Counted from the stretch's first letter, positions 49,963 through 61,234 are shown. The stretch is DNA of 64,000 bases from Candidatus Eiseniibacteriota bacterium (GCA_963792585.1 CAWBWI010000003.1:62942-126941); one strand, 5' to 3'. The notes: a model not told the origin generated them from the sequence alone. Made by a program: numbers and translations.

Positions 49963-52900
49963 TCATTCCACCGTCGCGACGAACGCCCCCCAGAAGTACG
50001 GGTGATGCGTCATACCTTGCGACCGCCGGTCGCGCAGCGTTCGCAATGACACCTCCCGCACGGCTTCCGCAGCGTCGAGGTTCGCCTCGAGCCTTCTGGA
50101 GAACAGGTCCTGCATCCACCGTGCGGTCGCGTCGTCCGCAACAGACCACAGGGTCATGATGAGATTGCGGACTCCGGCCACCTGAAACGCGCGCCGGAGG
50201 CCGATCACTCCCTCACCGGCTTGTACCTGGCCCAAGCCCGTTCCGCAGGCGGATAATACTGCCAGGTCCACGCTGCGCAAGTCGAGTCCGGCGACTTCCT
50301 CTGCTGTCAAGACGCCGTCGTCCGCGGAGCTGGCAGCGCTCGCTCGAAGATTCGCGCCCGCGAAGGCCAGCCCGGACAGGAGGAGAGGGCTCTCGGCAAC
50401 CAGGCTTCCGACCGTGAGTTCGTCGCGTTCGGCCCATCCACGGCGCGCGGGCTGCACGGAGCACTCGGAGCCGAGAAAGAAGCCGTGGGTGGCAACATGC
50501 AGGACGGCGCGACCGGCGGCCTCGGCCCGAAAGCGCCGTTCGCTGGCTTCGGCGCCCGAGAGCTGAAGGACCGGTCCCTGTCCTTGGGCCCGCCACAGCC
50601 GGACGATCGCCTCCTCTTCGAGTGCGGTTCCCTCGAGTGGTTCGAACTTCAGCGCTCTGAACTGCCCGCATGGAATCCCACGGTGCGCGGACGGCGCCGG
50701 CATCTCAGGGGACTTCGCAGGCGCAGTCGAGTACGCAGGAGCTCCGACGGTCAAGAGCCCATCGCCTTGGCTCTTCGCCCCTGCAAGCTGGGTCACGTTG
50801 CGCTCCGCTGCGAGCGTGAGCAGGAGCGGAGTGTCCTCGATCAAGAAACCACCGCCGTCGTTCGGCAGCGCGTCGAAGTTCACCAGGCACAGCGCTCCGT
50901 CGGGGACGAGGAAGACACGATCAGCGACATCCGACGCCGGAAAGACGCGATCCCAGACGATCCGGCGCAAGGCCAGTCCAGCCCCAGCGCACTCCCGCTC
51001 CGCTGTCTCGCGGGATCCATTCTCCGGGTTCCTGCCCGCCTGGTCCCGCCACTTCGACACGAGCGCGTCGATCTCTGCGGCACTGCCCAAGGGCACCAGA
51101 CGAAGATCTCGCGTGTCTGAAATTGACGACAAAGGCGGCATAGTACGGCTTGCCGTCCTCCGGGTGATCTCCCCCGGATTGCGTTCGCTCCAGACGATTG
51201 TACTGAACCCACGCAATGAGGACCGATCGTCCCGGAAGCGCTTTCAGGACCTCCGATAGACCGACTCTTGCTCGCTCCGTCGCTTCGTTGAATTCAGAGC
51301 TTCGGGCGGCGAGCGCTCGCTCCGCGGCCTCTTTCTCGAGACGTGCCGCCTGGAGACGCCGCTTGAAGTCGGGGAGCGGCTCCCCTTCGCTCCGACCTCG
51401 AACCGCAAGGTAGGCCAGATGATCACTGGCGCCCGCCAAGCGGTCTGCAAGGGCGAGCACCTCGGGTTCGTGGGTGGTCACGGTGAAGCGGCGCCGGAAT
51501 GCCATCTCTTCCAGAACAGCGGCCCGTGAGCGAATGACCAGATCCCACGCTCGTTCCCAGTCTCCCCGGGCTTCGCTCCGCCCTGCCGCGGTCAAGACAA
51601 TGTCTGTCCCGTGGATACGATCCGCCGCGAAGTGCAACGCCTCCCGCTCGGACACTCCGCAGACGATCAGCTCGAAGTGCTGCCGGCCGAGGCGCTCGGC
51701 TTCCTCCGCCTCCTCGATCGCTGCCGGAAGGTTCCGTTCCTCGAGAGACAGCGTGGCGAGATTGTGATAATCGAGGGCCAGAGCCGGCGCCTCCGCCCCC
51801 AGCGCGTTGCGATGGATGTCGATCGCGACCTCGTACTGGGCACGCGCCCCGGCACGATCGCCCATCGCCTTCAGCGCGTTGCCCAGACCCAGCCGAGTGG
51901 CCGCAACATCGGGGTGATCCGGCCCCAGCGATCTTTCGAGGATCGCGAGCGCCTGCTCGTAGAGACTTCTGGCTTCGGGGTAGCGTCCCCTGGCGTTTGC
52001 CAGGCTGGCGAGATTCCTCTGGATGAAGGCGGTGCGAGGATGATCGGCCCCGCAGACCCGGCCGGTGATCGCCAGCGCCTCCTGCAACCTGTTGAACGCC
52101 GCCTCTTCGTTTCCCAGAGACCACTCGAGCAGGCCCAGGCTGCTCACGATCGCCGCCTGGGATTCACTTTCGCGTCCGCTCTTCGAGACCAGCTCCAGCG
52201 CGTGCTCCAGATCGGAGCGCGCGCCTCCGGGGTCGCCCAGCCGCCGCTTCACGATGCCGAGCTCATGGAATGCGTCGCAGAGTCGCGGGTCTTTGTCTCC
52301 ATCCACGCTCTCGAGGATTTCCATTGCGCGCTCTGCCCCTGCGCGCGCCTGCGCGAGATCCCCCCGCTCCCGGGCCAGCGTGGCGAGGCGGAGGATCGGC
52401 TCCGCCACAAGGGGGTTGGCGTCGCCCAGGTTCGCGATGAGGTCGTCGCGAGCCCTCTCGTACTGAAGCTTCGCTGAGTCGGACTGTTGCGCCCCTTGTA
52501 GGGTCGCCGCGAATTCCAATCGAGTGATCGCGGTCTCGCTGGAGCGCGCCCCCCAGACTCCTGGGCTCGCCGCCAACGCCCGCCGGGCATAGCCCAGGGC
52601 CTCGGCGTACCGCGCAAGGTCCAGTGCGATGGACGCGAGCCTCCGAAGGCAGTTGGTCTGCGCGGCAGCGTCCGGGCGCGCCGGCGATCCGTGGACGCGT
52701 AGGGCTTCCAGGAACGTCGAGAGCGCTTCCGCGTTGCGGAAGGCGGATCGTTGGGCATCTCCGATTGCCATGATGCAGTTAGCGACGCGGGGATCCGACG
52801 GACCGGCGGACTCGATGAAGAGATCCCTCGCCTCGGCGGCCCGCGCGACCGCGGAACCGCTCTCGCCGGCGGCCAGGTGTACCCGAGCCCGCTCGTATAT

Positions 52901-53773
52901 GCCCTCCGCGAGCGGGATCCCCCGTCGCCCTGGCTTCTCGAGGATTGTGATCGCGCGGTCGAGCATGCGGGCCGCCCCGGCCAGGTTCCCGCACGTCGAA
53001 CGCCAGGTCCCATCACGAACCAGAACATCCGCCACGCGGGGGGAATCCGGGCCGTCGTATCGCTCGAAGATCCTCCGCGCCCGATCATAGTCGGCCGCGA
53101 TGCCGAGCGTGTCGCCGGACGCCTCCCTCGCCGCATTGAGATTCACAATCACGACCGCCACCTCGGCGGTCTCCACCCCGATCGCCTTCCGGGCCTCCAG
53201 ATCGAGCTCGAATTCGTGCTTTGCCTCCGCGTAACGGCGGCTCTGGAAATATGTCGTCGCCAGATTGTGATGCGCGCGCTCTCTCTCGACATGATTGGGA
53301 GGATTGTGGGACTCGATGATCCGGAGTGCCGCTTCAAAGTGTTCGATCGCGGAGTCCACGTGATTCCGGTATCTCTCAACGATTCCTGCATATTGGTGCG
53401 CATCCGCCAGGAACGCGGACCGTGGCCCAAGGACAGACTTGCTCATTCGAAGGAGTGTCTCAACGTGGGAGTCGAGCATGGGATCGTCGGTTCGGGACTG
53501 CTGAAGTTCGGCCGCCACGAGCACCCTCGTCGCCACCAAGAAGTCGATGGAATCAGCCCGGTTCTCGAGTCGCGCGGTCGCCAAGAACCGGGTCGCGCGT
53601 TGTTCGGCTTCGGCGACCTTGCCACGCTCGAGAAGTTCCTGGAGAGCGCGGGCGCTGTCAACCGGCGGGGCCGCCCCCACAATGTTCGCGGTCAGCGTCA
53701 GGAACCATGGTAACCAACATGCATCTCTCCGCACTGCGCCCAGGACCTTTTCCATTTGCAGTGGACCGAGCAT
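49963..53773 (-). CDS. Exported TPR-repeat + CHAT (caspase-like) protease, split by one extra base near 51121
   Basis: Kinesin-light-chain-type TPRs (LG.DHPD.A); CHAT dyad HVATHG and VLSACGTG; HPYFWGAF. Removing one T joins YAAFVVN to SDTRDLRLVPLG. Confidence 0.92.
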
Positions 53774-53876
53774 CTGGCTATCCTTAGCACGTTTCTATGA
53801 TGAGTACCTCATAGAATGATCGACATCTCGGCTTCACAGACAATAGGATCCAAATGCACGGGGAGGAGGCGCGAGG

Positions 53877-54707
53877 ATGACGCAGAGAAGCGCGGGCGCG
53901 TCGCGTCCGGGCAGATCCGCCATCACGGCCGTCGTCGGTGCTTGCGCGTTGTTTGGCGCGCTGGTGCTCGCACCTGAGACCGCGGTAGGCCAGCAAGCGC
54001 ACCAGGAGTTCCCGGACGGCGTCTGTTTTCCCGTGAACGGGTCGGGCTACATCGTGTCCGCGTCCAGCAAGTCGCGCACCGACAGAGTCCCCATCGGCCC
54101 CTTCAGTGCCGTATTCGAGGGAGACAGCCTCGTGATTGAAGAGGGCACGGTTACCTTCATCGATTTCCGCGATCGCCAGCGTTCCGTCTTCGGAAAGGAC
54201 ACCAGACACAGAATCCCGCACGTGGTTGACCCGAATGCGCCCACACGGTGGGAGGAGATGAAGCAGCGGCTGACGGAGATCTTCCGGGACCGTCATGGCT
54301 ACGAAACCAGCGCGTCGCGTGAGGGAGCGTTGAAGGTCTGGCCGGACGACGGGGTGGAGTTCGCTCCCGATGTGCCGATCATCCTCACCTGGTCGGCGGA
54401 TACCACTGCATCTGCGATCCAGGTCCGAACCGAGAAGGGTCAGTCCGAGATTCCCATCTCGGAGTCTGTCGCGACGAGACGAGAGATCGCCTGGACCCCA
54501 AGCGAGGTGCCTTCCGGGTCGGTTCAGTGGTCGTTGCTGGATGCCGATGGCGAACCGCTTCTCACGGGTCGGTTCAATGTTCTCACGGCGAAGCAGGCAG
54601 ATGAAAAGCGCGAAATGTACCGCGCTCAGGCAGCCGGTGACGGCTCGATGTCGTCGGAACTAGGGGCGGTCTTGCGCGCGCTCGCCGACAGATCGTATCT
54701 CTGGTGA
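53877..54707 (+). CDS. Exported hypothetical protein, weakly DUF928-like
   Basis: Signal peptide; beta-rich N-domain; SREG.LKVWP...IILTW...WSLLD Ig-like segment; GTGA-coupled to CHASE2. Confidence 0.6.
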   Translation: MTQRSAGASRPGRSAITAVVGACALFGALVLAPETAVGQQAHQEFPDGVCFPVNGSGYIVSASSKSRTDRVPIGPFSAVFEGDSLVIEEGTVTFIDFRDRQRSVFGKDTRHRIPHVVDPNAPTRWEEMKQRLTEIFRDRHGYETSASREGALKVWPDDGVEFAPDVPIILTWSADTTASAIQVRTEKGQSEIPISESVATRREIAWTPSEVPSGSVQWSLLDADGEPLLTGRFNVLTAKQADEKREMYRAQAAGDGSMSSELGAVLRALADRSYLW

Positions 54708-56002
54708 CCGCAGCGGGTCGTCCGCCATCTCGATCGGTTCTCCGGGCGGCGAGAACGCTGCACACCACAACGGACAAGATCTATGTCTTCAGGCGACTGA
54801 TCCTCACGTCGTTCCTCGTGACCCTGGCGGTCTTCGGTGCCCGCAAGGCCCATCTGCTCGACGGCGTAGAGAACCGGTGGCTCGACCTGATGGCGAACGC
54901 CGATCGGCCGAGCTTCGACGTCCCCATCGTCGTCGTAGGGATCAGCGACAAGGATTACTACGACCCGAGTCTGTTCGGCGGCACGTCACCGCTCGAGCCG
55001 GGCGCACTGGGGCGCATGGTGTCGACCGTCCTCGCCCACAAACCGCGTGGAGTGGTCCTGGACGTGCTGATTCACCCCAGCCCTGGAGAGTCGCCTCAGC
55101 GCTCCATCGCTCGAGAAAACCTGTACCGGCTGCTCCTCGATGCCTCCGAATTTCTGCCCATTGTCGTGGTCCGCGATCCGGCATCGGAGGCTCTTGAACG
55201 CAGGATCGAAGAACCGGGTTGGCGCACCTTCGATGCGCTGACCAAGAATCCCCACCTGACCTGCGCGAGTGCCGGCGTCCGGCGGTCACGGGGCTACGTG
55301 CGGGCGATTCCCCTACGGTACCAAGATGATGATCCGGCAGTCGGGAACCTCCCCACAGTCCTCGGCGCCACGGTTACCGCCATGGGGCTCGAATCCGAGC
55401 ACTCGAGTTCCTGGTTGTTCCGTCGTCATGAGAACGACCCGGTGAAGCCGCGGCGCATTCGGTTCTCCAAATGCTTCCTCGAGGCGGGAAGCTCCGTGGA
55501 CCCGCACTACGTGGATTCGGCGTCGCTTCTTTCCCAGGCAGCGATTCCCGGTGCACGCTCCTTACTCAGGGACCAGATCGTCCTGGTGGGGGGCACATTC
55601 CACGCGGGCCGGGACGTGCTTCCCACGGTGGTCGGGGACATGGCGGGTGTCTATGTGTGGGCGGAAGCAATCGCGTCATGGATCCGAGGCGATGCCTTAC
55701 GGGAACCGCTCGAGCTGATCTCATTCTTACTCGAGTTCTTCATCGGCGTCTTGGCGGGGTACTTGCTCGTGCGTTTGGGCCCGTTCTTTGGATTCGTCTC
55801 TTCTCTCGCGGTCGTCGGTCCCCTGACGATCTTCTTTTCCCTCCTGACGTTCGGTGATCGCGTGCAGTTCGTGAACTTCTTACCATCATTCCTCGGGGTC
55901 TATTTGCACTATCAGTACTATCAGATAGAGGTTCACTCGGAGATCCGCAGGCTGAAGGCGGAGATCGCCAGGCTCTCGCCGCCGGTTTCCCCTTCGGAGT
56001 AG
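54704..56002 (+). CDS. Stand-alone CHASE2 sensor protein (no cytoplasmic output domain)
   Basis: N-terminal TM; PIVVVGISD, GVVLDVL, LRDQIVLVGGT...D...T..G.MAGVYVWAEAI; three TMs; only about 25 residues follow. Confidence 0.88.
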   Translation: MTAAGRPPSRSVLRAARTLHTTTDKIYVFRRLILTSFLVTLAVFGARKAHLLDGVENRWLDLMANADRPSFDVPIVVVGISDKDYYDPSLFGGTSPLEPGALGRMVSTVLAHKPRGVVLDVLIHPSPGESPQRSIARENLYRLLLDASEFLPIVVVRDPASEALERRIEEPGWRTFDALTKNPHLTCASAGVRRSRGYVRAIPLRYQDDDPAVGNLPTVLGATVTAMGLESEHSSSWLFRRHENDPVKPRRIRFSKCFLEAGSSVDPHYVDSASLLSQAAIPGARSLLRDQIVLVGGTFHAGRDVLPTVVGDMAGVYVWAEAIASWIRGDALREPLELISFLLEFFIGVLAGYLLVRLGPFFGFVSSLAVVGPLTIFFSLLTFGDRVQFVNFLPSFLGVYLHYQYYQIEVHSEIRRLKAEIARLSPPVSPSE

Positions 56003-56033
56003 GTCGTCGTGGCAGATCCGTCTGGAGGCTCGC

Positions 56034-56345
56034 ATGAAACTCGTCCTCTGTATTTTCGCGCTATTCGTGCTCTTAGCAGCAATCAGCTGCGCACACCAAC
56101 CCAAGGTTCCGATGCCGGGAGTCGACGCCGCGCCGGACCAATGGAAGGAGTACTACAAGGACCAGTTCCGGGCCTTCGGTGACAAGGTGACACCGCCCGA
56201 CGCACAAGCTTCGCTAGACCAGCGCGTCGCCTATGACGACGCAAAGCGAGCATTCCACCACGCGAAGATGGTCGGCGCGGTCGTCGGTGGCTGCGCGCTC
56301 CTGATCTCAGTAGCGATCTTCCTGAGTACGATTAGCCAGCTCTAG
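56034..56345 (+). CDS. Small lipoprotein with a C-terminal TM helix
   Basis: GGAGG RBS; lipobox LAAISC. Confidence 0.7.
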   Translation: MKLVLCIFALFVLLAAISCAHQPKVPMPGVDAAPDQWKEYYKDQFRAFGDKVTPPDAQASLDQRVAYDDAKRAFHHAKMVGAVVGGCALLISVAIFLSTISQL

Positions 56346-56724
56346 CGGATCCGATTTCCTACGACCTGGACCAAGCGGCGCAGCAAGGATGCCTTCCTGT
56401 GGCGTAGTTTGCCCTGGAGCTTCACTCTCGTAACCTGGCGTTCCATCTTCACAGAACGTCATTTCGGGTGCGTGACATGACCCTCAATTTGCCGGACCCG
56501 GCGCCTCGAGTGCTCGCCGCCGCACCTGTGCCAGCCCGGGCGAGGAACGGAACGCTCAATCTGACGTTTCTACTACCGCGGTACCCATCTCACGCAGTCT
56601 TTCTGAGGATTCGGCCAGCGAGATCGACGGCACGAGCCGTCGTTCCCCACCGGGGCCGCCCCGTGGTATCATCTTCCCGGCGAAACCTGATGAGTGCCGG
56701 GCTGCCAGAAGGAGGGCCGCTCCG

Positions 56725-58608
56725 ATGAACCGCTCGCCGCGCCATGGAATCGTGCTCGCGTCCGTGCTCTTGATGATTCTGATCGCGACTGCCGCCGCAC
56801 TTCCTGTGGGCCAGGCGCTTGCCGCCCCCGACCCGACTCGCTTTGGGGACAGCCCGCCGCACCGGATCATCGACAACGACGCGGTGATCGACGCCAACGA
56901 TGTGCGGATGCTGGTCACCAATCGAGGGACTTTCGGCCGGGATCTTGAAGGACCGGGCGGACCCGCGGGCACGTTCTACCCGGCGGACACGGACCGAACG
57001 TGCATGTACACGGCGGGAGTCTGGGTCGGCGGCAAGGTCGGCCAGGAGATCCGCGTCACGGTCGCGGAATACGACCTGGAATACGGGCCCGGTGTGATTC
57101 TCCCTGGCGGCGGTTGGTCCGATCCGTCGCTGCCCGAGTACCGGACCTACAAGCTGACGCCGCTCTCCGGTCCCGGTGATCCAGACTACGACGAGTGGCC
57201 CGTCGGGGACGGCGCGCCACTCGATCGAGACGGCCATCCCCTCGTCGTGGGCGACCAGACGCTCTGGTCGGTCTTCAATGATGCAAACCCGAATGGCCAC
57301 ACGAACGACGCCGGCTTCACCACCCCGATCGGCGTCGAGGTAAGCCAGCTCACTTACGCGTTCGCGCTCCCCCATCCTCTGGACAGGGTGATCTTCGTGG
57401 ACTACCGGCTGATCCACAAAGGGCTGCAGGCGCTCAACCCGGCGTTCGTCGGAATCTATACCGACATCGACCTAGGGAATGGACGCGACGACCTGGCGGG
57501 GTGCGATTCGCTCCTCGAGGCCGGCTTCACCATGAACGGCGATGACTTCGATGATGTGTACGAAGATCGGCCGCCGACCACCGGGTTCGTCGTCCTGAAG
57601 GGACCGGCCCATCTCGCCCATCCGCTCTATGCGGCGATCGACTACGTCAACGGCCAGGATCCGACTTCGGCCGACGCATCGTACAATCTGCTGCGGGGAT
57701 TGAATACGGACGGCACCCCGATGATCGACCCGTACACCAATCGGCCGACTCGCTTCTGGCACGCCGGGAACTTCGATACCGGCGAAGGCTGGCTGGACTA
57801 TTGGGTTCAAGATAAGCGGAACCTCCTCAGCATGGGTCCGTTCGCCTTCTCGCCTGGCCAGGTTGAGTCGGTTCGCGTCGCGTTCGTCGTTGGCGACAAG
57901 GACAACTGGATCGGCAGCACGGTCGACATGCTCGACGTGAGCCGGTGCGTGAAGCGCCTCAACGAGAAGGGCGCGTTCCTGCAGCCGTCGCGCTGGGCGA
58001 TCGCCGGGTTCTATCCCCAGCCGTTTCATCCGATCGAGGATGCTCCGGGACGGATCTTCATCCTCGCCCCCGAGGCGGGGCGGGTCCTGGTGCGCGTGAA
58101 CGACATGCAGAATCAGCTCGTTCGCTCCTTCCCCGAGCAGGACGTGGCCGCCGGGATCAACCCGCTCGAGTGGGACGGCAGGAACGACGGGGGCGCGATC
58201 GTCGCGTCGGGGACGTATCGGTTCGACCTGCGCGTCGTGAAGCCGGTGCTGTCGACGCGGCACCTCATCATCGATTCGGAAGAGATGAGGGTCATGGGAG
58301 GTCGCGATGTGGCGGCCGTCTCGGCTCCGGGCTTGCCTGCTGCCGGCGGGCTGAAGGTGCCGGGGATCGCGCGCGGCGGCGTGTGGATCAGGTTCGACGG
58401 GCCTAGTCCCGGTCGAGCTGCGCAGGCGGTCACGATCTATGACCTGGGCGGCCGCGTCATCAGCCGACTCGATGTTCCGGTCGGCGAACACGGCGCGTGG
58501 TGGGATGCGCGCGATTCGGCGGGGCGAAGGCTGCCGGCGGGCATGTACTTCGTGCGGGCGGAGGGATCTGAGGCAATGGATGCGCGGAGGACGTTACTCC
58601 TGAGGTGA
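56725..58608 (+). CDS. Secreted protein with two C-terminal FlgD/T9SS-like domains
   Basis: Signal peptide; IDANDVRMLVTNRG...GVWVGG; LEWDGRNDGGAIVASGTY and WWDARDSAGRRLPAGMYFVR. Confidence 0.8.
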   Translation: MNRSPRHGIVLASVLLMILIATAAALPVGQALAAPDPTRFGDSPPHRIIDNDAVIDANDVRMLVTNRGTFGRDLEGPGGPAGTFYPADTDRTCMYTAGVWVGGKVGQEIRVTVAEYDLEYGPGVILPGGGWSDPSLPEYRTYKLTPLSGPGDPDYDEWPVGDGAPLDRDGHPLVVGDQTLWSVFNDANPNGHTNDAGFTTPIGVEVSQLTYAFALPHPLDRVIFVDYRLIHKGLQALNPAFVGIYTDIDLGNGRDDLAGCDSLLEAGFTMNGDDFDDVYEDRPPTTGFVVLKGPAHLAHPLYAAIDYVNGQDPTSADASYNLLRGLNTDGTPMIDPYTNRPTRFWHAGNFDTGEGWLDYWVQDKRNLLSMGPFAFSPGQVESVRVAFVVGDKDNWIGSTVDMLDVSRCVKRLNEKGAFLQPSRWAIAGFYPQPFHPIEDAPGRIFILAPEAGRVLVRVNDMQNQLVRSFPEQDVAAGINPLEWDGRNDGGAIVASGTYRFDLRVVKPVLSTRHLIIDSEEMRVMGGRDVAAVSAPGLPAAGGLKVPGIARGGVWIRFDGPSPGRAAQAVTIYDLGGRVISRLDVPVGEHGAWWDARDSAGRRLPAGMYFVRAEGSEAMDARRTLLLR

Positions 58609-58641
58609 CCCTCCCGGGGACGGGGAATGAACAGCACTCAT

Positions 58642-58671
58642 GATCCCGGCGGCTGTCACTCCGCCGGGATC
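58642..58671. terminator. Hairpin between convergent genes (terminator candidate, weak U-tract)
   Basis: gatcccggcgg-ctgtcact-ccgccgggatc, a perfect 11-bp stem. Confidence 0.5.
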
Positions 58672-58805
58672 GCCTTAATTGCCTCCCGGCCCGCGGTTTC
58701 CATTTCCTGCTCGATCTCGACGTAGGATCGGGCGACGAAAGCCCCCCGTGACGCACGAGGCCCCCAAGGCGCATGACGCCTTCGCGGCGAACGACGTCCT
58801 CGGGA

Positions 58806-58870
58806 CGAACGGTCCCTATGGCTCGAACGGTCCCTATGGCTCGAACGGTCCCTACGGCTCGAACGGCCCC
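58806..58870. repeat. 18-bp tandem repeat copying the last codons and stop of the HNH gene
   Basis: cgaacggtcccta(t/c)ggct x3 plus a partial copy; the reverse strand reads GPFEP* repeatedly. Confidence 0.9.
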
Positions 58871-61218
58871 CTCACTCGCCGGTTGCCCCGGTAGACCAGC
58901 AGCGGCGTCCCGTCCCTGCGCCTCCCCAGCTCGTAGCGCAGCGCGTGCGGCGCCGTCCCTCCGATCTTCACGTGGCCCCTGTGCACGCCATGCTGGTGAT
59001 GACCATGACAGAGGACGGCGAGGTTGCCCGGATCGTTGCCTCCACCTTGCGAGCGGGGCTTGATGTGGTGCGTCTCGAGCTGATCGCGCCTCGTGCAGCC
59101 AGGGACGACGCACCGGTACCGGTCGCGTTCCAGGATCTTCACCCGCACCGGGACCCGCTCCGGATCCTGTTGCTCCCAGATCTCCTTCACCTCGGAGAAG
59201 AGCATCGCCATCGCTGCCCATTCGGGCATCCGCGGGATCCGGCCCGAGAGCCTCCCGGTGGGTTTCTCGCGCCGGTATGCCCACAGAACTTGCTTCAGAT
59301 CGATGTAGGTCTGTCTCGGGAGCGGGAAGCGCGTCCATGTCTCCGCCCGCTGATAGGCTAACGTTTGCCGGTCCGCTTCGCCGGTCTCCGGGACCTCTTC
59401 CCAATGACGGAGCGCGAGGAGCTGGACCATCGTCTCCAGACGATCCATCAAGATGGGGTTCTCGGCCGGGTCGGTCGATCCGCCGGACGGCAGCGGAGGG
59501 ATGCCGCGCAGCTGCAGCGACTCCTCGATCGCCTCCCGGTCTCCGCCAAGCGCGGCGACAAGGGCTTCCTCGATGTCCCCCTTCGACAGCGGCCGCAGCG
59601 CATGCCTGCCGAGGTCGCACGTGCGCATGAGCATCAGCAGGCGGTACTCCCGCTGGAACTGCCGCCAGGTGGTCTCTCGCGCGCGCTCGATGAACTCATC
59701 GACATCCTCGGTGTGCTTGAGCTGCCGGATCAGGTGCGCCTGCATCGTCGAGATGCGTCCCGTCGCGAAGGCGCGTTCCATCGCCGCGCTGCCCTCGAAC
59801 ATCAGCGACTCGGCCACCCGGTTGCGCGCCGAGCGCTCGGAGATCTTCAGCAGGTCCTCGACCATCCGGGCCACGGAGGAATAGCCGAGCAGCTCCACCG
59901 CCCCGACACGGCGGAGGTCGCGGATCAGGTGCGCGAGAAGCACCTTCCCGGGGGCGCGGAGCAGTTGGATCTGGCGCAGGATCAGGAGCGCTTCCTCCGG
60001 TGACCCCGGCTCCTCGGTTCGATCGATCTGCTCGACGTCCTCGAGGTACTCGGCCACGAGGGCGAGGGTCTGTCTGGCATGCGCGATCGCCTCGGGACGG
60101 ACGGGGATGGCCACCGGCGGACGTCTCTCGATGACCGGACCCAGCGCGGGCCGCCTCGGAGGCGGGCCGTCCCCGCCTATCCCCGGCCAGGCGACCTCGG
60201 CAAGCATCGCCTCGATGCACTCGTGGATGGGCGCCTCGTGGCCGAGGACCATGCGGGTGTGCTCCATCATCTCGTCGAAGGAGACCTGGAAACCGAGGGG
60301 GTGCTTGAAGGCGAAGGGGACCATCTCGGGGTCGTCGCAGTGTTCATCCACGAAAATCGAATCGGGCACCGGGGCCTCATCCCCATCGCGTTCCCATAGC
60401 TCCTTTTCCAGCGCCGCCAAAGCTCCGGCCGACATCGACTCCTCATCCTCCGTGCAGGCGATTTCCCCCCTCTGCCCCGCCTCCGCCCGCCTGCGGGCGC
60501 GCTCTTCTTCGCTTCGCGCCCGATAGCGGAGCTGGTCCACGGGGACCGCGCTAATCCTCTCGATGAATGCTCGAATCAACTCGTCAGGAACGGGAAGCGC
60601 CTCGATGAGCCGGGCGATGTAGGGGAGCTGGCAGGCGCTGATCCCGCCACCGAGGAAGGCCCGTTCGAGCTCGGGGTGCTTCGCGAGCACGCGGTGCAAG
60701 GCAAGGCGGGATCGGGTCGTGCGCGGCCGCAGGCCGAGCGTCTCGAGGGCGAGGCTGCTGATGGAGGAGAAACCGCAGCGCTGCACGCGCCCTCCCTCGG
60801 AGAGCCAGGCGAGCATGCGCGCTTGCGAGCGGACGAATCGTGCCTCGGCGTGACGCGTGGAGAGGGTCGCCGCAGTGAGCGAGCGAACCAGCGTGGCGCT
60901 GGCGAGGGTGGGTCCAGCGGGCTGCGTAGCGGGCCGAGTAGCAGGCTCCTGAACGGGCTGGTGAACAGGCGGGAAAGAGGGCGATGCGATAGAAGTCGAT
61001 GGGGCGGCAGCGAGCGCGGAGTCCTCGGCGCGCGGCGATGCGATGGAAGTCGATGAGACGCCATCCCCCGCGGACTCCTCGGCGTGCGACGATGCGTCCC
61101 CGGAGCGCGCAGCATCGTCCGCCCCGTAACGAGGAGTGTCCTCGCGACAGGTCCACGCGTGCGGGAACCCGCGCTCCACGGGGCTTTCCGGTGGGTATGT
61201 AAGGATGGTGGCGGCCAT
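58852..61218 (-). CDS. Large HNH endonuclease-signature protein with a DUF222/13E12-like helical region
   Basis: CVVPGC...LETHHIKPRSQGGGNDPGNLAVLCHGHH at the C-terminus of a 788-aa ORF. Confidence 0.88.
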   Translation of the reverse strand: MAATILTYPPESPVERGFPHAWTCREDTPRYGADDAARSGDASSHAEESAGDGVSSTSIASPRAEDSALAAAPSTSIASPSFPPVHQPVQEPATRPATQPAGPTLASATLVRSLTAATLSTRHAEARFVRSQARMLAWLSEGGRVQRCGFSSISSLALETLGLRPRTTRSRLALHRVLAKHPELERAFLGGGISACQLPYIARLIEALPVPDELIRAFIERISAVPVDQLRYRARSEEERARRRAEAGQRGEIACTEDEESMSAGALAALEKELWERDGDEAPVPDSIFVDEHCDDPEMVPFAFKHPLGFQVSFDEMMEHTRMVLGHEAPIHECIEAMLAEVAWPGIGGDGPPPRRPALGPVIERRPPVAIPVRPEAIAHARQTLALVAEYLEDVEQIDRTEEPGSPEEALLILRQIQLLRAPGKVLLAHLIRDLRRVGAVELLGYSSVARMVEDLLKISERSARNRVAESLMFEGSAAMERAFATGRISTMQAHLIRQLKHTEDVDEFIERARETTWRQFQREYRLLMLMRTCDLGRHALRPLSKGDIEEALVAALGGDREAIEESLQLRGIPPLPSGGSTDPAENPILMDRLETMVQLLALRHWEEVPETGEADRQTLAYQRAETWTRFPLPRQTYIDLKQVLWAYRREKPTGRLSGRIPRMPEWAAMAMLFSEVKEIWEQQDPERVPVRVKILERDRYRCVVPGCTRRDQLETHHIKPRSQGGGNDPGNLAVLCHGHHQHGVHRGHVKIGGTAPHALRYELGRRRDGTPLLVYRGNRRVRGPFEP
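60981..61096. repeat. 54-bp coding duplication (about 2.2 copies) in the HNH N-terminal region
   Basis: gcgatgcgat(a/g)gaagtcgatg...gcgga(g/c)tcctcggcg at 60981 and 61035 (STSIASP twice). Confidence 0.75.
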
Positions 61219-61234
61219 CAGGAGTGTATACTAA

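Noticed and set aside
58806-58870. Possible CRISPR or repeat-protein ORF (NGPYGS)n in 58679-58894
   Set aside because: The units are head-to-tail with no spacers. The plus-strand ORF has no support beyond the repeat.
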